From: a virus
Strand: one strand, 5' to 3'
Length of the DNA stretch: 64,000 nt
IMG/VR virus record: IMGVR_UViG_3300044642_000803
Coordinates: 2,887 to 66,886 of that record
Under the pieces are notes generated by a model that was not told where the DNA came from, made no database searches, and saw only the letters and a program-made list of their open reading frames with translations. The translations under genes were made by a program, and so were the position numbers. Shown here piece after piece: positions 8,612 through 17,192 of this stretch; the stretch's first letter is position 1; every line of letters starts with the position of its first letter.

Positions 8612-9407
8612 GAATGAGGGGGCCCATTCAAGCCCCCATTCTGCTGCCATTTGGCATCTGCAACAACGCCGGCAATACCTTGCGGTGCCTTGCGCCGTCA
8701 ATCCAGGCCACGCCTGCCGCGCAATGCCGTGCAACACCGTGGGCCGTCAAGCCAGGCCACGCCTGCCTCTCCTCTCCTTTCCTTGCCATGCCTTGCAAAC
8801 CAGTCCTAGCCACGCCTGCAATGCCATATCTCTCCAGGCCACGCCGTGCCTTGCCGGTCCTGCGGGGCCAATTCCGGCCTACCGAGCCATGCCTGCCTCG
8901 CGTTACCAAGCCCATCGGTGCCCACCGGTCCACGCCACGCCTGCATCGCGCTGCCAAGCGCTGCCTTGCCTAACCATGCCTGCCGTGCCTCGAACGCACC
9001 TGGCCTCGCCACGCCGTGCCTGCAGTGCCGAGCAGAACCATGCCGGTCCACGCCACGCCTGCCAATCCGATCCTGGCCCATCCATCGCTGCCTCACCTGC
9101 CGCGCCTGACCTGGCAACGCCATGCCTCGCCTGCCGCGCCTGTTCGTGGCTCTCCGGGCCTTGCCTGCATCGCCGTACCTTGCACTATCCCGACCACGCC
9201 TAGCCAGCCGTGTCTGAACAGGCCGTACCTTGCGAAGCCATGCCTGCCATTCCGGGCCAACCTGACCGTGCCACTCCTGCCAATCCATACCACGCCCTTT
9301 CGTGCGGAGCCTTGCCTAACCGGCCGTGCCAGCAAAACCTTGGGACGCCGCGCCTTGCCTATCCGGCCATGCCAGGCCCTGGCTGCCGTAAAACAATCGC
9401 CAGGGCC
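8612..9407 (-). ncRNA. Putative guide-RNA array: GG(C/T/A)NN pentamers grouped into ~16 units by NGCA tetramers, flanked by hairpins
   Basis: Minus strand parses as e.g. GGCA|GGCGT GGCGT GGACC GGCAT GGTTC TGCTC GGCAC TGCA|GGCAC GGCGT GGCGA GGCCA. The 5-nt period is not codon-like. 5' hairpin at 9375-9407 and 3' hairpin at about 8612-8641. Confidence 0.7.
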
Positions 9408-9418
9408 ACGATCAATCA

Positions 9419-10066
9419 TCAAACAATCTCAAACAGCCCAAACCCAAGCCCTGCGCTGTTTTTGCTGTCGGGTCGTCCTTCGCCGATACCAACCTGAAGC
9501 CCCACTCGGCTGATCAAGTTGACCATGCTGGTTGCGGTAAACATCCCAGCGTCGTACCGGATTCGTAAATTTGCTGCCCACTCTCTATACATCGGACGGC
9601 AACGTAGATCAATTACACCCGTGGCATTACGAGTAGGAGCTGTCCACTCTTCTGCTTCGCCCTCCGTCAGCCTGACCAAGGGGGCTCCGTCAACCCGGTC
9701 AAAGCCATCGGCGTACACACTGAACGCCAATTTGGCGTGGGTCATTTTGACCTGCACGGTACGACAGGCGGAAATGGCGCCGTTCCTGAATGCGGCGGCA
9801 TGGATCCCTTCCCATCCTTCCCCGGAGACGTGCTTGGCGCTCTCAAAAAGAGCGGTAAAATCCTTTGCCTCGCGCACCTTCTTGCCTCGGGCGGTGCTGC
9901 CCGCTTCCTGCGTGGCTCGCATCTGTTCCATAGCTTTTGCGCTGAAGCGATTGATGACCAATGGGCTGGTGCCCCTAATCTTGATCTCAATGAGCCTGAA
10001 GTCAGGGGCCTGAATAGTGATGGCCTCTTCTGGTGCCTGGGATTTGGCCTTGGTGGTGGTTGCCAT
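9419..10066 (-). CDS. RAMP (Cas7-like RRM-fold) protein
   Basis: 215 aa from ATG 10066: IKIRGTSPLVIN first strand, GIHAAAFRNG, RPMYREW, and a C-terminal glycine-rich loop VGIGEGRP...GLGFGLFEIV. Confidence 0.75.
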   Translation of the reverse strand: MATTTKAKSQAPEEAITIQAPDFRLIEIKIRGTSPLVINRFSAKAMEQMRATQEAGSTARGKKVREAKDFTALFESAKHVSGEGWEGIHAAAFRNGAISACRTVQVKMTHAKLAFSVYADGFDRVDGAPLVRLTEGEAEEWTAPTRNATGVIDLRCRPMYREWAANLRIRYDAGMFTATSMVNLISRVGLQVGIGEGRPDSKNSAGLGFGLFEIV

Positions 10067-10178
10067 GGTGGCGTTCTGAATGATGGAGTTTGAAGATTGG
10101 TGCCATGCCTGCCGCTGGCTGTAAGCCGTTGCGGTCTTGAAATGGTATCGTACGTAGGGCAATACGAAACCACCACCG

Positions 10179-11456
10179 ATGACCACCGCTAAGGCCACGG
10201 CAAAAGCCAGCACCAAGGCCAAAGCCGCCGCAATCGCCAATGCCGCAGAGGCGATGCAAGACCACTACGCAGCTAGTGACACCAGCGAGGGCCTCTTCCA
10301 GGGCGCAACTGCTGCTGATTTCTTGGGCATCGGCACTGCCGCTGACGCTGCCACCACCGACGCCACTACCACTGCCCGGGACGGCGCCATCGTTCCAGCC
10401 GGTGAAGCCACCGCGATTTCTCGGTGGGAAGCCCTGGCTTTCAGGATCGCAGAAGCCGAAGAGAAGGCGCCCGCTAAGAAGTTCGACTACCGGGACGAAT
10501 GGGGCAACAAGGCAGCCCGTTCCTGGGTCCACGATTTGCGGGGTATCAAGGGTTCAATAGAGCGCCACAGGAAGGAGGCCAAGGCCGTTCACTTGGAGCG
10601 TGGTAGGGCTGTAGACGACAGCGCCAAGCTGCTGGAGGCCGCCGTTCAAGGGCTGATCGAGCCCCACGAAACCGCCATCAAGGCGATCGAAGCCGAAGAG
10701 CAGTCCCGCATCGACGCCCACCGCGCCGTGCTCGACCGCATCGCCGCACTGGCTGATGCCGCTGGGGCAGAAGGGGGAGACGGCATCATTGATGTTGACG
10801 CCCGATTGGCAGAACTTGCGGCGATCGATACCAGCACCCTTGAAGAGTTTGCGCAGGCCGGTCTGAACCGCCAGGCCGAAGCCATTGAGCAGCTGGGGCT
10901 GTTGCGGGACAAACTGGAAGCCCAGGAGTCCCAGCGTATTGAACTAGAGGCCCTGCATGCGCAGGCCGCCGCCCGTGAGGACGCCGACCGCATTGCGAGA
11001 CTGCAGCGGGAGGCGGTAGAGGCCGACCGGCTGGCCCGTGAGGCGGAAGCGGCAGCCCGTGTTGCCGAAGCGGAAGATCGGGCACGCAAGGAACGGGAGG
11101 ATGCCGCTACCAGGGAAGCTCAGGCGCTGGCCCAGGTGGAAGCATCACGCATTGCGCAGGAGGCTGCCGAGCGCCGACTTGCGGAAGAGGTTGCAGCCAG
11201 GAAAGCGCAGGCTGCCGCAGAAGCTGAACGGTTGGAGCGTGAGGCTAAAGAGGCCATGGATGCCGCTGCCCTGCGAGACGCTGCCATTGCCAAGCAGCGC
11301 GAACTACGCGAAAGCCTCGTGGTCGAGCTGGCCGAGGCGCTGGCCACCATGATTCCCGAAACCGCTGCTACTGCCATTGTCGATGGCACGCTGCACCCAG
11401 CGGTTCAAATTGATTGGGCACTGGTTTTTCCATCAGATGACTTCTGTCCGTTTTGA
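10179..11456 (+). CDS. Long coiled-coil phage protein
   Basis: Ala/Glu/Arg-rich helical 425 aa ORF. Confidence 0.75.
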   Translation: MTTAKATAKASTKAKAAAIANAAEAMQDHYAASDTSEGLFQGATAADFLGIGTAADAATTDATTTARDGAIVPAGEATAISRWEALAFRIAEAEEKAPAKKFDYRDEWGNKAARSWVHDLRGIKGSIERHRKEAKAVHLERGRAVDDSAKLLEAAVQGLIEPHETAIKAIEAEEQSRIDAHRAVLDRIAALADAAGAEGGDGIIDVDARLAELAAIDTSTLEEFAQAGLNRQAEAIEQLGLLRDKLEAQESQRIELEALHAQAAAREDADRIARLQREAVEADRLAREAEAAARVAEAEDRARKEREDAATREAQALAQVEASRIAQEAAERRLAEEVAARKAQAAAEAERLEREAKEAMDAAALRDAAIAKQRELRESLVVELAEALATMIPETAATAIVDGTLHPAVQIDWALVFPSDDFCPF

Positions 11457-11871
11457 CCCAGGGACCCAAGTACCACCACCATCGCCCGTCATGCTCACCT
11501 GCCCCCACTGCGGCATCGCAATCCGCGATCAACCGCGCACCAGTCCTGACGACCAACCACTAGACGGCGAATCCGCCCGCCAGTTGCAGCGCATTGAGGC
11601 CGAACTGGCGCGGGTGAGGGCTGTGATGGAGCCGCATCCTGCCCCGGTGCCAATCGAGGATCTGAAGCTATCGACGCGGGCTAACAACGCGCTGAAGCGC
11701 AAAGGGGTTGACACCTTGGCCACGTTGCTCACCTACAGCAACTTCGACCTTCTGGACATTCGCAACTTCGGCCCCAACTCACTAGGCGAAGTGCAGCTGG
11801 CCTTGCATTTGCGAGGCTTGAGGTTGCGGAAAGAGCGATTGCTGCCACGGATTGGACGGGCTCGCAGTTGA
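11437..11871 (+). CDS. RNA polymerase alpha-CTD domain protein
   Basis: PIEDLKLSTRANNALKRKGV.TL..LL...DLLDIRNFGPNSLGEV at the C-terminus; CPHC at the N-terminus. Confidence 0.85.
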   Translation: MTSVRFDPGTQVPPPSPVMLTCPHCGIAIRDQPRTSPDDQPLDGESARQLQRIEAELARVRAVMEPHPAPVPIEDLKLSTRANNALKRKGVDTLATLLTYSNFDLLDIRNFGPNSLGEVQLALHLRGLRLRKERLLPRIGRARS

Positions 11872-11906
11872 TTAAACTCAGTCCACAATTCCCATCCAAT
11901 ACCACC

Positions 11907-12215
11907 ATGGAAATCACTGAAGACCCAATTGCAATGGAAGCCATTGCATTCCTGCAAGAAAAAGGCTACTCGATTGAGCGGGTTTTACTTGCAATGGACG
12001 CTAAGCCGGTAGCAGAAGTGAAGGCCGAGGATCTTCCACCGTGGCCCGTTGGAACGGTGGTCAGAGACATGAAAACCAAATGCAGGATTGTCTTGAGGCA
12101 TCCTCTTGTACGCAGTGATGCCTACGAATTTGTATGCGAAAATGCGCATGGAGAAAAGCCGCATCCTGACTATTCTTATATCTGCAACGAGCCCTGGTGC
12201 CGATGCCGGAGTTGA
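11907..12215 (+). CDS. Hypothetical protein
   Basis: ATG at 11907 in the rightward operon. Confidence 0.5.
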   Translation: MEITEDPIAMEAIAFLQEKGYSIERVLLAMDAKPVAEVKAEDLPPWPVGTVVRDMKTKCRIVLRHPLVRSDAYEFVCENAHGEKPHPDYSYICNEPWCRCRS

Positions 12216-12278
12216 TCGGCGTCGAGTAGCCGGTAGCCTGATGCTGCCGAGTCCATCCACACACTAAAGGAACTAACA

Positions 12279-12518
12279 ATGGAAACCTGCAAAACCTGCA
12301 AACATTGGATGCCGTATTCCGATAAGTACCCAAAAGGACACGCAAGCGAGGCCAAAAAAGCTGGCGGGCTATGCCAAAGCGAGAAGCTGGTTGAAGACTT
12401 GGGAGATGATTATGGCGCGGATATGTTGATCTATGAATATTTAGAAGGCGGCGGGTTCTGGACCGGCCCTGATTTTGGTTGCGTGCATCACCAGTCAGCT
12501 GCTGCCAACGACGAATAA
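12279..12518 (+). CDS. Cys-rich phage hypothetical protein
   Basis: CKTCKHW...TGPDFGCVH, with an AAGGA RBS. Confidence 0.7.
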   Translation: METCKTCKHWMPYSDKYPKGHASEAKKAGGLCQSEKLVEDLGDDYGADMLIYEYLEGGGFWTGPDFGCVHHQSAAANDE

Positions 12519-12584
12519 CCCCACGGCATCACGGGGCTTACGGCCCCCTGCTGCCCTGCAGCTACCACCCTTTCACCACTAGAC

Positions 12585-13016
12585 ATGTTTGATCCAAACA
12601 GCATCACGCCACCCACCGAACTGATGGCTGAGCGTATGAACAACATTCACGCACATTGTTATGTCGACTACACTTTCTTCGCCCGCTGGGGCGCCGCCCA
12701 GGCCGTCGAGGCGCTGCGGCATCAGTGGCCGGAGCCGATTACGGATAGGCCGCCGACGGAGGCGGATGGGAATGAAAGTGGGTTCGTGCAATTCCTGGGT
12801 TCCAGTGGATGGCAACTTACGCACTGGCATGATGCTCGCCGGACAAAAAGGGGGTGGCTCCACATCCCCGACTGGCACCCAAGGCCCGAGCCCACGCGGA
12901 AGCAGAAGGCGCGGGCTCTACTGGACGCAGTCAGCATTCACTCTGAGCCCTTCACAGCGGAACAAGTCGAGCTGCTCCGTCAGGTTGTGGAGTCGGCGCC
13001 GGAAGCCACGCCATGA
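12585..13016 (+). CDS. Hypothetical protein
   Basis: ORF with the PITDRPPTEADG motif. Confidence 0.6.
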   Translation: MFDPNSITPPTELMAERMNNIHAHCYVDYTFFARWGAAQAVEALRHQWPEPITDRPPTEADGNESGFVQFLGSSGWQLTHWHDARRTKRGWLHIPDWHPRPEPTRKQKARALLDAVSIHSEPFTAEQVELLRQVVESAPEATP

Positions 13017-13150
13017 CCGCCCCAAGCCACTAAGCCCCGATTGCGACGGTTCGCTAAGTGCTTTGCCTTTTTGGCTTTACGAAAGCGGGGGATGCGGTTT
13101 ATGATTTGTGGACCGGGGCGAACCCGGTAGCCACCACCGCCAGCCAGCCC

Positions 13151-13438
13151 GTGACCAACGCCTTAGCCAACGCCCTGACCACCATCAATCGCCATCCCCT
13201 CTGCACTGATACGCAGATCGAGCAGGGTGACACCAACGACCTGCACTTCTTCATTGAAAACGACAAGGTTGGGGACCCCTCCTGGTCTGCTGACCTTGAG
13301 GCCGACCTAGCCAGCTACGACCAAGACGGTCGCCCTTACACGGTCACCGTCTACCTGCCCCAGGAGCAGGACGACAGCGAGTCCGACGATCAGGGCCCCA
13401 CGGCTGCGGAGCGCAACCCCAGCATGTTGCGCGTTTGA
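13151..13438 (+). CDS. Acidic hypothetical protein
   Basis: GTG start after a TATGAT -10-like box. Confidence 0.5.
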   Translation: MTNALANALTTINRHPLCTDTQIEQGDTNDLHFFIENDKVGDPSWSADLEADLASYDQDGRPYTVTVYLPQEQDDSESDDQGPTAAERNPSMLRV

Positions 13439-13473
13439 TTGCTGCGCTTTCCGATCCACTTTGCCTTTTTAAA

Positions 13474-14247
13474 ATGACAACTATTACACCCAAAACTGTT
13501 GACGAGCTTCTTGATTATTGGCCTGGAAATATACCTTTCAAGGGCGACCTTGTCTCTGAAGATGGGTCCTGCATGTGCGCACAGGGTCAGGCGCTGCATT
13601 TCTTGGATGGCGTAACTTCAGCAGCTTTGCGCCACTACACGCAGACAACTGCCGACAAGCGAGTGGCTGAGCTTTTTGGTATCAGTCGAGCTCATTCTGT
13701 TTTGCTGCGCATCGTGAACGACCGCCAAGATGGTGCGCCGACTAGCGTTATTCGCAATCCCCAACAAGTATTGGGTGACCAAGCGCAGTGCGTACTTGCG
13801 TTTTGGCGGCACCTTGACCGCATGACAGCAGCGGCCTGGGAAGCGGCCGGGGAAGCGGCCGGGGAAGAGGCCAGGGCAGCGGCCGGGGCAGCGGCCGGGG
13901 AAGCGGCCTGGGAAGCGGCCTGGGAAGCGGCCGGGGAAGCGGCCAGGGCAGCGGCCGGGGCAGCGGCCGGGGAAACGGCCTGGGAAGCGGCCGGGGAAGC
14001 GGCCAGGGCAGCGGCCGGGGCAGCGGCCGGGGAAACGGCCTGGGAAGCGGCCGGGGCAGCGGCCAGGGAAGCGGCCAGGGCAGCGGCCGGGGCAGCGGCC
14101 GGGGCAGCGGCCTGGGCAACCAATGAAATCCAAGGTGCCGCCGTCATGCGTGCCAAGGGTCTGCCGTTCTTTTTTCTACCGCTTTTTGGGTTTGCGGACC
14201 CAGAAGCCGTGATGGCAGCAGACAGCAATTTGAGTCGCACCGCCTAA
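13474..14247 (+). CDS. Phage protein with AA(W/G/R)(E/A) tetrapeptide repeat tract
   Basis: ATG at 13474; globular ends flank the repeat. Confidence 0.7.
   Translation: MTTITPKTVDELLDYWPGNIPFKGDLVSEDGSCMCAQGQALHFLDGVTSAALRHYTQTTADKRVAELFGISRAHSVLLRIVNDRQDGAPTSVIRNPQQVLGDQAQCVLAFWRHLDRMTAAAWEAAGEAAGEEARAAAGAAAGEAAWEAAWEAAGEAARAAAGAAAGETAWEAAGEAARAAAGAAAGETAWEAAGAAAREAARAAAGAAAGAAAWATNEIQGAAVMRAKGLPFFFLPLFGFADPEAVMAADSNLSRTA
13831..14118 (+). repeat. 24 x 12-bp in-frame tandem repeat GCGGCC(T/G/A)GGG(A/C)A
   Basis: Directly visible; 288 nt. Confidence 0.9.
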
Positions 14248-14276
14248 CTGTCTTTTCCCAATCCACACCGCTCCCC

Positions 14277-14534
14277 ATGAAAAACTCAGAGATTATTGCA
14301 TCAGCTATTGCAATCGTGCTTAGCGAAAATCGAATACTTTCCCCTGGTGATATTGTCGCACACGCCAGCGACCCAATTTCTTATGAATTTTACAAATACG
14401 AAAACGGTATGGCCGTTGTTGGTTTTAACGGTGTTACTAAATCTTTCCCGATGGGAGAGGTTTTTGATCCGAATATTGTAAATAAAGTTGCTCAAAAAAT
14501 TAAGTCTAATTCCCTTGTGCCATTCATGAACTAA
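14277..14534 (+). CDS. Hypothetical protein, AT-rich
   Basis: ORF coupled to the next gene (TAATG). Confidence 0.6.
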   Translation: MKNSEIIASAIAIVLSENRILSPGDIVAHASDPISYEFYKYENGMAVVGFNGVTKSFPMGEVFDPNIVNKVAQKIKSNSLVPFMN

Positions 14535-14797
14535 TGCCACCCACACCCCACACCCCCCGCCAGGCCCCGGTAGCCGCCGTTATGGCCTTCCTTCTGGACC
14601 AGTCGGAGGCGACAGCCCGCGCCATTGAAATCAACGCGGCTGAAGACGGGGCGCCGCTAAATGACGCAGCAGCTCGCGACTGGATCAACCGTCTGGACAT
14701 GATTGCTGGCGTGATTACCCGCGCTTCCAAAACGCAGCGGCGCCAGCCCTCTTACTTGCCGGCTTACCCGTCGTTCACCAGCAAAGAGTTGCAATAG
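14534..14797 (+). CDS. Hypothetical protein
   Basis: Coupled ORF. Confidence 0.55.
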   Translation: MPPTPHTPRQAPVAAVMAFLLDQSEATARAIEINAAEDGAPLNDAAARDWINRLDMIAGVITRASKTQRRQPSYLPAYPSFTSKELQ

Positions 14798-14800
14798 TCC

Positions 14801-14974
14801 ATGGCCTACCTCATCACCTACCACCCCGATTCCCGTGACCCACTCACTACCAGCCAGCCGCCCATCCAATCGGAATGGATCACCCCAAAAGGGTGGTCGG
14901 CCGAGCGGGCAAAAACCACCTTCGAGTTGCAACACCCTGGATCTACCGTCCTTCGGTGCGACCCGATCCCGTAA
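14801..14974 (+). CDS. Small hypothetical protein (57 aa)
   Basis: Manual translation MAYLITYHP...WITPKGWSAERAK...LRCDPIP. Confidence 0.5.
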   Translation: MAYLITYHPDSRDPLTTSQPPIQSEWITPKGWSAERAKTTFELQHPGSTVLRCDPIP

Positions 14975-15011
14975 GGCACCAATGCCCTGCCGGCAGCTTG
15001 ATAACAGCAAG

Positions 15012-15179
15012 ATGGATTCTGCTGTCGTTGCTATCCTCCTGCTGTTTGGCAATCACCTGTTGCTGTGGCTTTTAGTTGCAGGCGGGGCGTTGCTGTTCTC
15101 GCAGGTGCTGTCGATGCGCGATGCCGTGCAGATTCTGCAGTATCAACGCTCAGTCGCCCCGGTGCTCCGCAATGACTGA
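15012..15179 (+). CDS. Small membrane protein
   Basis: Hydrophobic MDSAVVAILLLFGNHLLLWLLVAGG. Confidence 0.45.
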   Translation: MDSAVVAILLLFGNHLLLWLLVAGGALLFSQVLSMRDAVQILQYQRSVAPVLRND

Positions 15180-15519
15180 AGCCACCGCATCGGCGCCGTG
15201 CTGCGGAAACTGCCGCTACAGCGTGGTAAACGGTCAACTGGAGTGTCACCGCTACGCGCCCAAGCCAATCATGACCGGTGGTCGGTGTTGGGCGGAATGG
15301 CCTTTAGTTGAATCCTCCGACTGGTGCGGGGAGTGGGCATTGCCTCCTGAAGTTGACTTGGCGCCGCCAACCCTGCAGGAAATACAGGCTTTGACCGACC
15401 TTATGGCCATGACCGGCCTCTCGTCCCACGGCGATACCACACCGTTTCCTGCCAGCGACCAGCAGAAAGCCCCGACCACCTACGACCAATTCGACCAATA
15501 CGAGGACCCACTTGCATGA
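15172..15519 (+). CDS. Cys-rich phage protein
   Basis: CGNCRY..ECHRYAP..WPLV..DWCGEW motif. Confidence 0.7.
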   Translation: MTEATASAPCCGNCRYSVVNGQLECHRYAPKPIMTGGRCWAEWPLVESSDWCGEWALPPEVDLAPPTLQEIQALTDLMAMTGLSSHGDTTPFPASDQQKAPTTYDQFDQYEDPLA

Positions 15520-15698
15520 CCGACCACGCCACCACCTACCAGCTCGGCTGGTATTTCAAGCGCACGCCAGGCCCCGGCCGCCGCGCTCTCGTTGGCGTTG
15601 AGGTGTTTGACACCATCGCCGATGCTTTTGCCAAGGCCGAGACCCTGTTGGGCGAGGGGTTTGAAGTGCGGATCCTGCCAACCCAGGGGAAGACATGA
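15516..15698 (+). CDS. Hypothetical protein
   Basis: ATGA-coupled at both ends. Confidence 0.55.
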   Translation: MTDHATTYQLGWYFKRTPGPGRRALVGVEVFDTIADAFAKAETLLGEGFEVRILPTQGKT

Positions 15699-16054
15699 GC
15701 GGCATATTCAACGCCGACTTCTACCCCACGCCCCCCGAAGTGGCGGCAACGCAGCATGAGCACCTTCTACACCCACCTTTCGCTATGACCACCCAAACCG
15801 CCTACGACGGCCTTACCGACGACGACTGGCACCTAATACTCACCGCCAGACCCGCGCTAGGCCGATGGGCCCTCAGGTTCGCATTCTCAACCTTTGGCGG
15901 TCGCGCCAAGGAACGACACGCCGCATGGAATGGCCGTGGATGGGTTGAGGGGTTGTGGCGCCCCATGCCCGATAGCCGGACCCACGCCATTGCGGTGGCC
16001 TGGCTGAAGGCCAATCCCGTGCCAGTGCCTGGTGTTGCGGGAGGTAAGCCATGA
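15695..16054 (+). CDS. Hypothetical protein; first ~19 aa resemble a methyltransferase N-terminus
   Basis: FNADFYPTPPEVA, then unrelated sequence; alternative ATG at 15785. Confidence 0.5.
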   Translation: MSGIFNADFYPTPPEVAATQHEHLLHPPFAMTTQTAYDGLTDDDWHLILTARPALGRWALRFAFSTFGGRAKERHAAWNGRGWVEGLWRPMPDSRTHAIAVAWLKANPVPVPGVAGGKP

Positions 16055-16335
16055 GCACACTTGAGCAAACCATCTATACCGACCCGTCTATCGGCCTTAC
16101 TGTCACCGCCTGGGCCTATGCCACCCTTAACGGGGAGTGGATAGTGCGGTTTCGCCGGCGCATTGATCAGCGCGTTCTCTTTGACCAAAACTGCTCTTGG
16201 AGCACCCGAAGGGAAGGTGGCTGGAGTCGCTGGCTCTGGCTTCCCGTCGGTAGCCACCTGATTCCTCCGCCAGCACTGGCTGCCGTGGAAGAGTGGTTGG
16301 CTGGACAAACGCTCGCGTTGGGGGGGAGGCCATGA
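16051..16335 (+). CDS. Hypothetical protein
   Basis: Coupled ORF. Confidence 0.55.
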   Translation: MSTLEQTIYTDPSIGLTVTAWAYATLNGEWIVRFRRRIDQRVLFDQNCSWSTRREGGWSRWLWLPVGSHLIPPPALAAVEEWLAGQTLALGGRP

Positions 16336-16854
16336 GCATCGGTCCCCGCATCCCCCTGGCCGAAGCCCTGGCTATCTGCGCAGACACCGTGGCAGACCTA
16401 CGCCCGCATTGCCTGAAAATCGACGAGGCAGGGTCAGTCCGACGCCGCCGCCCAACCATCGGCGATCTGGAGATCGTATGTTTGCCCGACCGCGACCCCC
16501 CTTGAATCGACGCCGCTGTTTGCCGGTGGCTTTGCAATGGCTGTGGAGCAGTGGCCCGGCGTCGTGGGTAATCCTGACGGTCGGTACACCCAACGGATGC
16601 TCCCCTGCGGGTTGAAGTTGGATTTGTTCATGCCGCATCCCGATGGTTACGGCCTGATTCTGGCCATCCGAACCGGGTCAGCCGACTGGTCGCACAAGGT
16701 TTTGGCCACTGGCTGGAGGCGAGCCGGCTTCCATTCATACAAGGGCCTGCTGCGCCGCGAGGATGGATCGGTGGTTCCGTGCCGCACCGAGATGGAACTG
16801 TTCGACACTATCGGGCTGCGATGGGTTGAGCCGGTGGACCGGGAGGTTGGGTGA
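16332..16854 (+). pseudogene. Minimal family X DNA polymerase (palm + thumb), frameshifted
   Basis: AGSVRRRRPTIGDLEIV in one frame; KLDLF, IRTGS and EMELF..IGL.WVEP..RE in the +1 frame; shift at the C6 run 16496-16501. Confidence 0.8.
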
Positions 16855-16964
16855 TGGCTGCCAACAACGATTGGGACCACCCCAAACGGCCAACCTGCTA
16901 CACACCACTACACCCCGCTGCCGCCCGCCCCGGTGGCGCCGATCCAATTACCCAACGAGGCCCC

Positions 16965-17192
16965 ATGAACAACCCTAACCCCCTAAGTTCCGCCGCGCAG
17001 GCGGTGTTGGATGCGGCCAACGGAGCCAGCTCCTACAGCCCGGATGATTGTCTCAACGATGCGCCCCAGGTTGCTGTTGCCACTCTCCGCGCCCTGGTGG
17101 CCAACCACGGCATCCCAACCAAGGGCGGCAGCATCATCCTGAACGGGGATGACGTGCTTGACATCGCCACAGAATTGGAGCAACAAGCATGA
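16965..17192 (+). CDS. Hypothetical protein (IATELE family)
   Basis: LSSAAQAVLDAA...DIATELE. Confidence 0.6.
   Translation: MNNPNPLSSAAQAVLDAANGASSYSPDDCLNDAPQVAVATLRALVANHGIPTKGGSIILNGDDVLDIATELEQQA

Noticed and set aside
8645-9375. Classical CRISPR array next to the Cas7-like gene
   Set aside because: No identical 25-45 nt direct repeats with unique spacers, and no cas1/cas2 in the window.
8645-9375. Self-targets of the array units within this window
   Set aside because: Spot checks of two units found none; a systematic gapped search could not be run, so no target is claimed.
8601-9513. Many overlapping ORFs (8601-9203, 8806-9288, 9016-9513 etc.) across the pentamer array
   Set aside because: Low-complexity products of a stop-poor 5-nt repeat in all frames; the periodicity is not codon-based.
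10067-10240. Hydrophobic N-terminal extension of the RAMP ORF
   Set aside because: Overlaps the divergent gene at 10179 and the promoter region; ATG 10066 is the more plausible start.
13618-14240. Minus-strand PGRC/PRPL repeat ORFs
   Set aside because: Shadow frames of the 12-bp repeat in the + strand gene.
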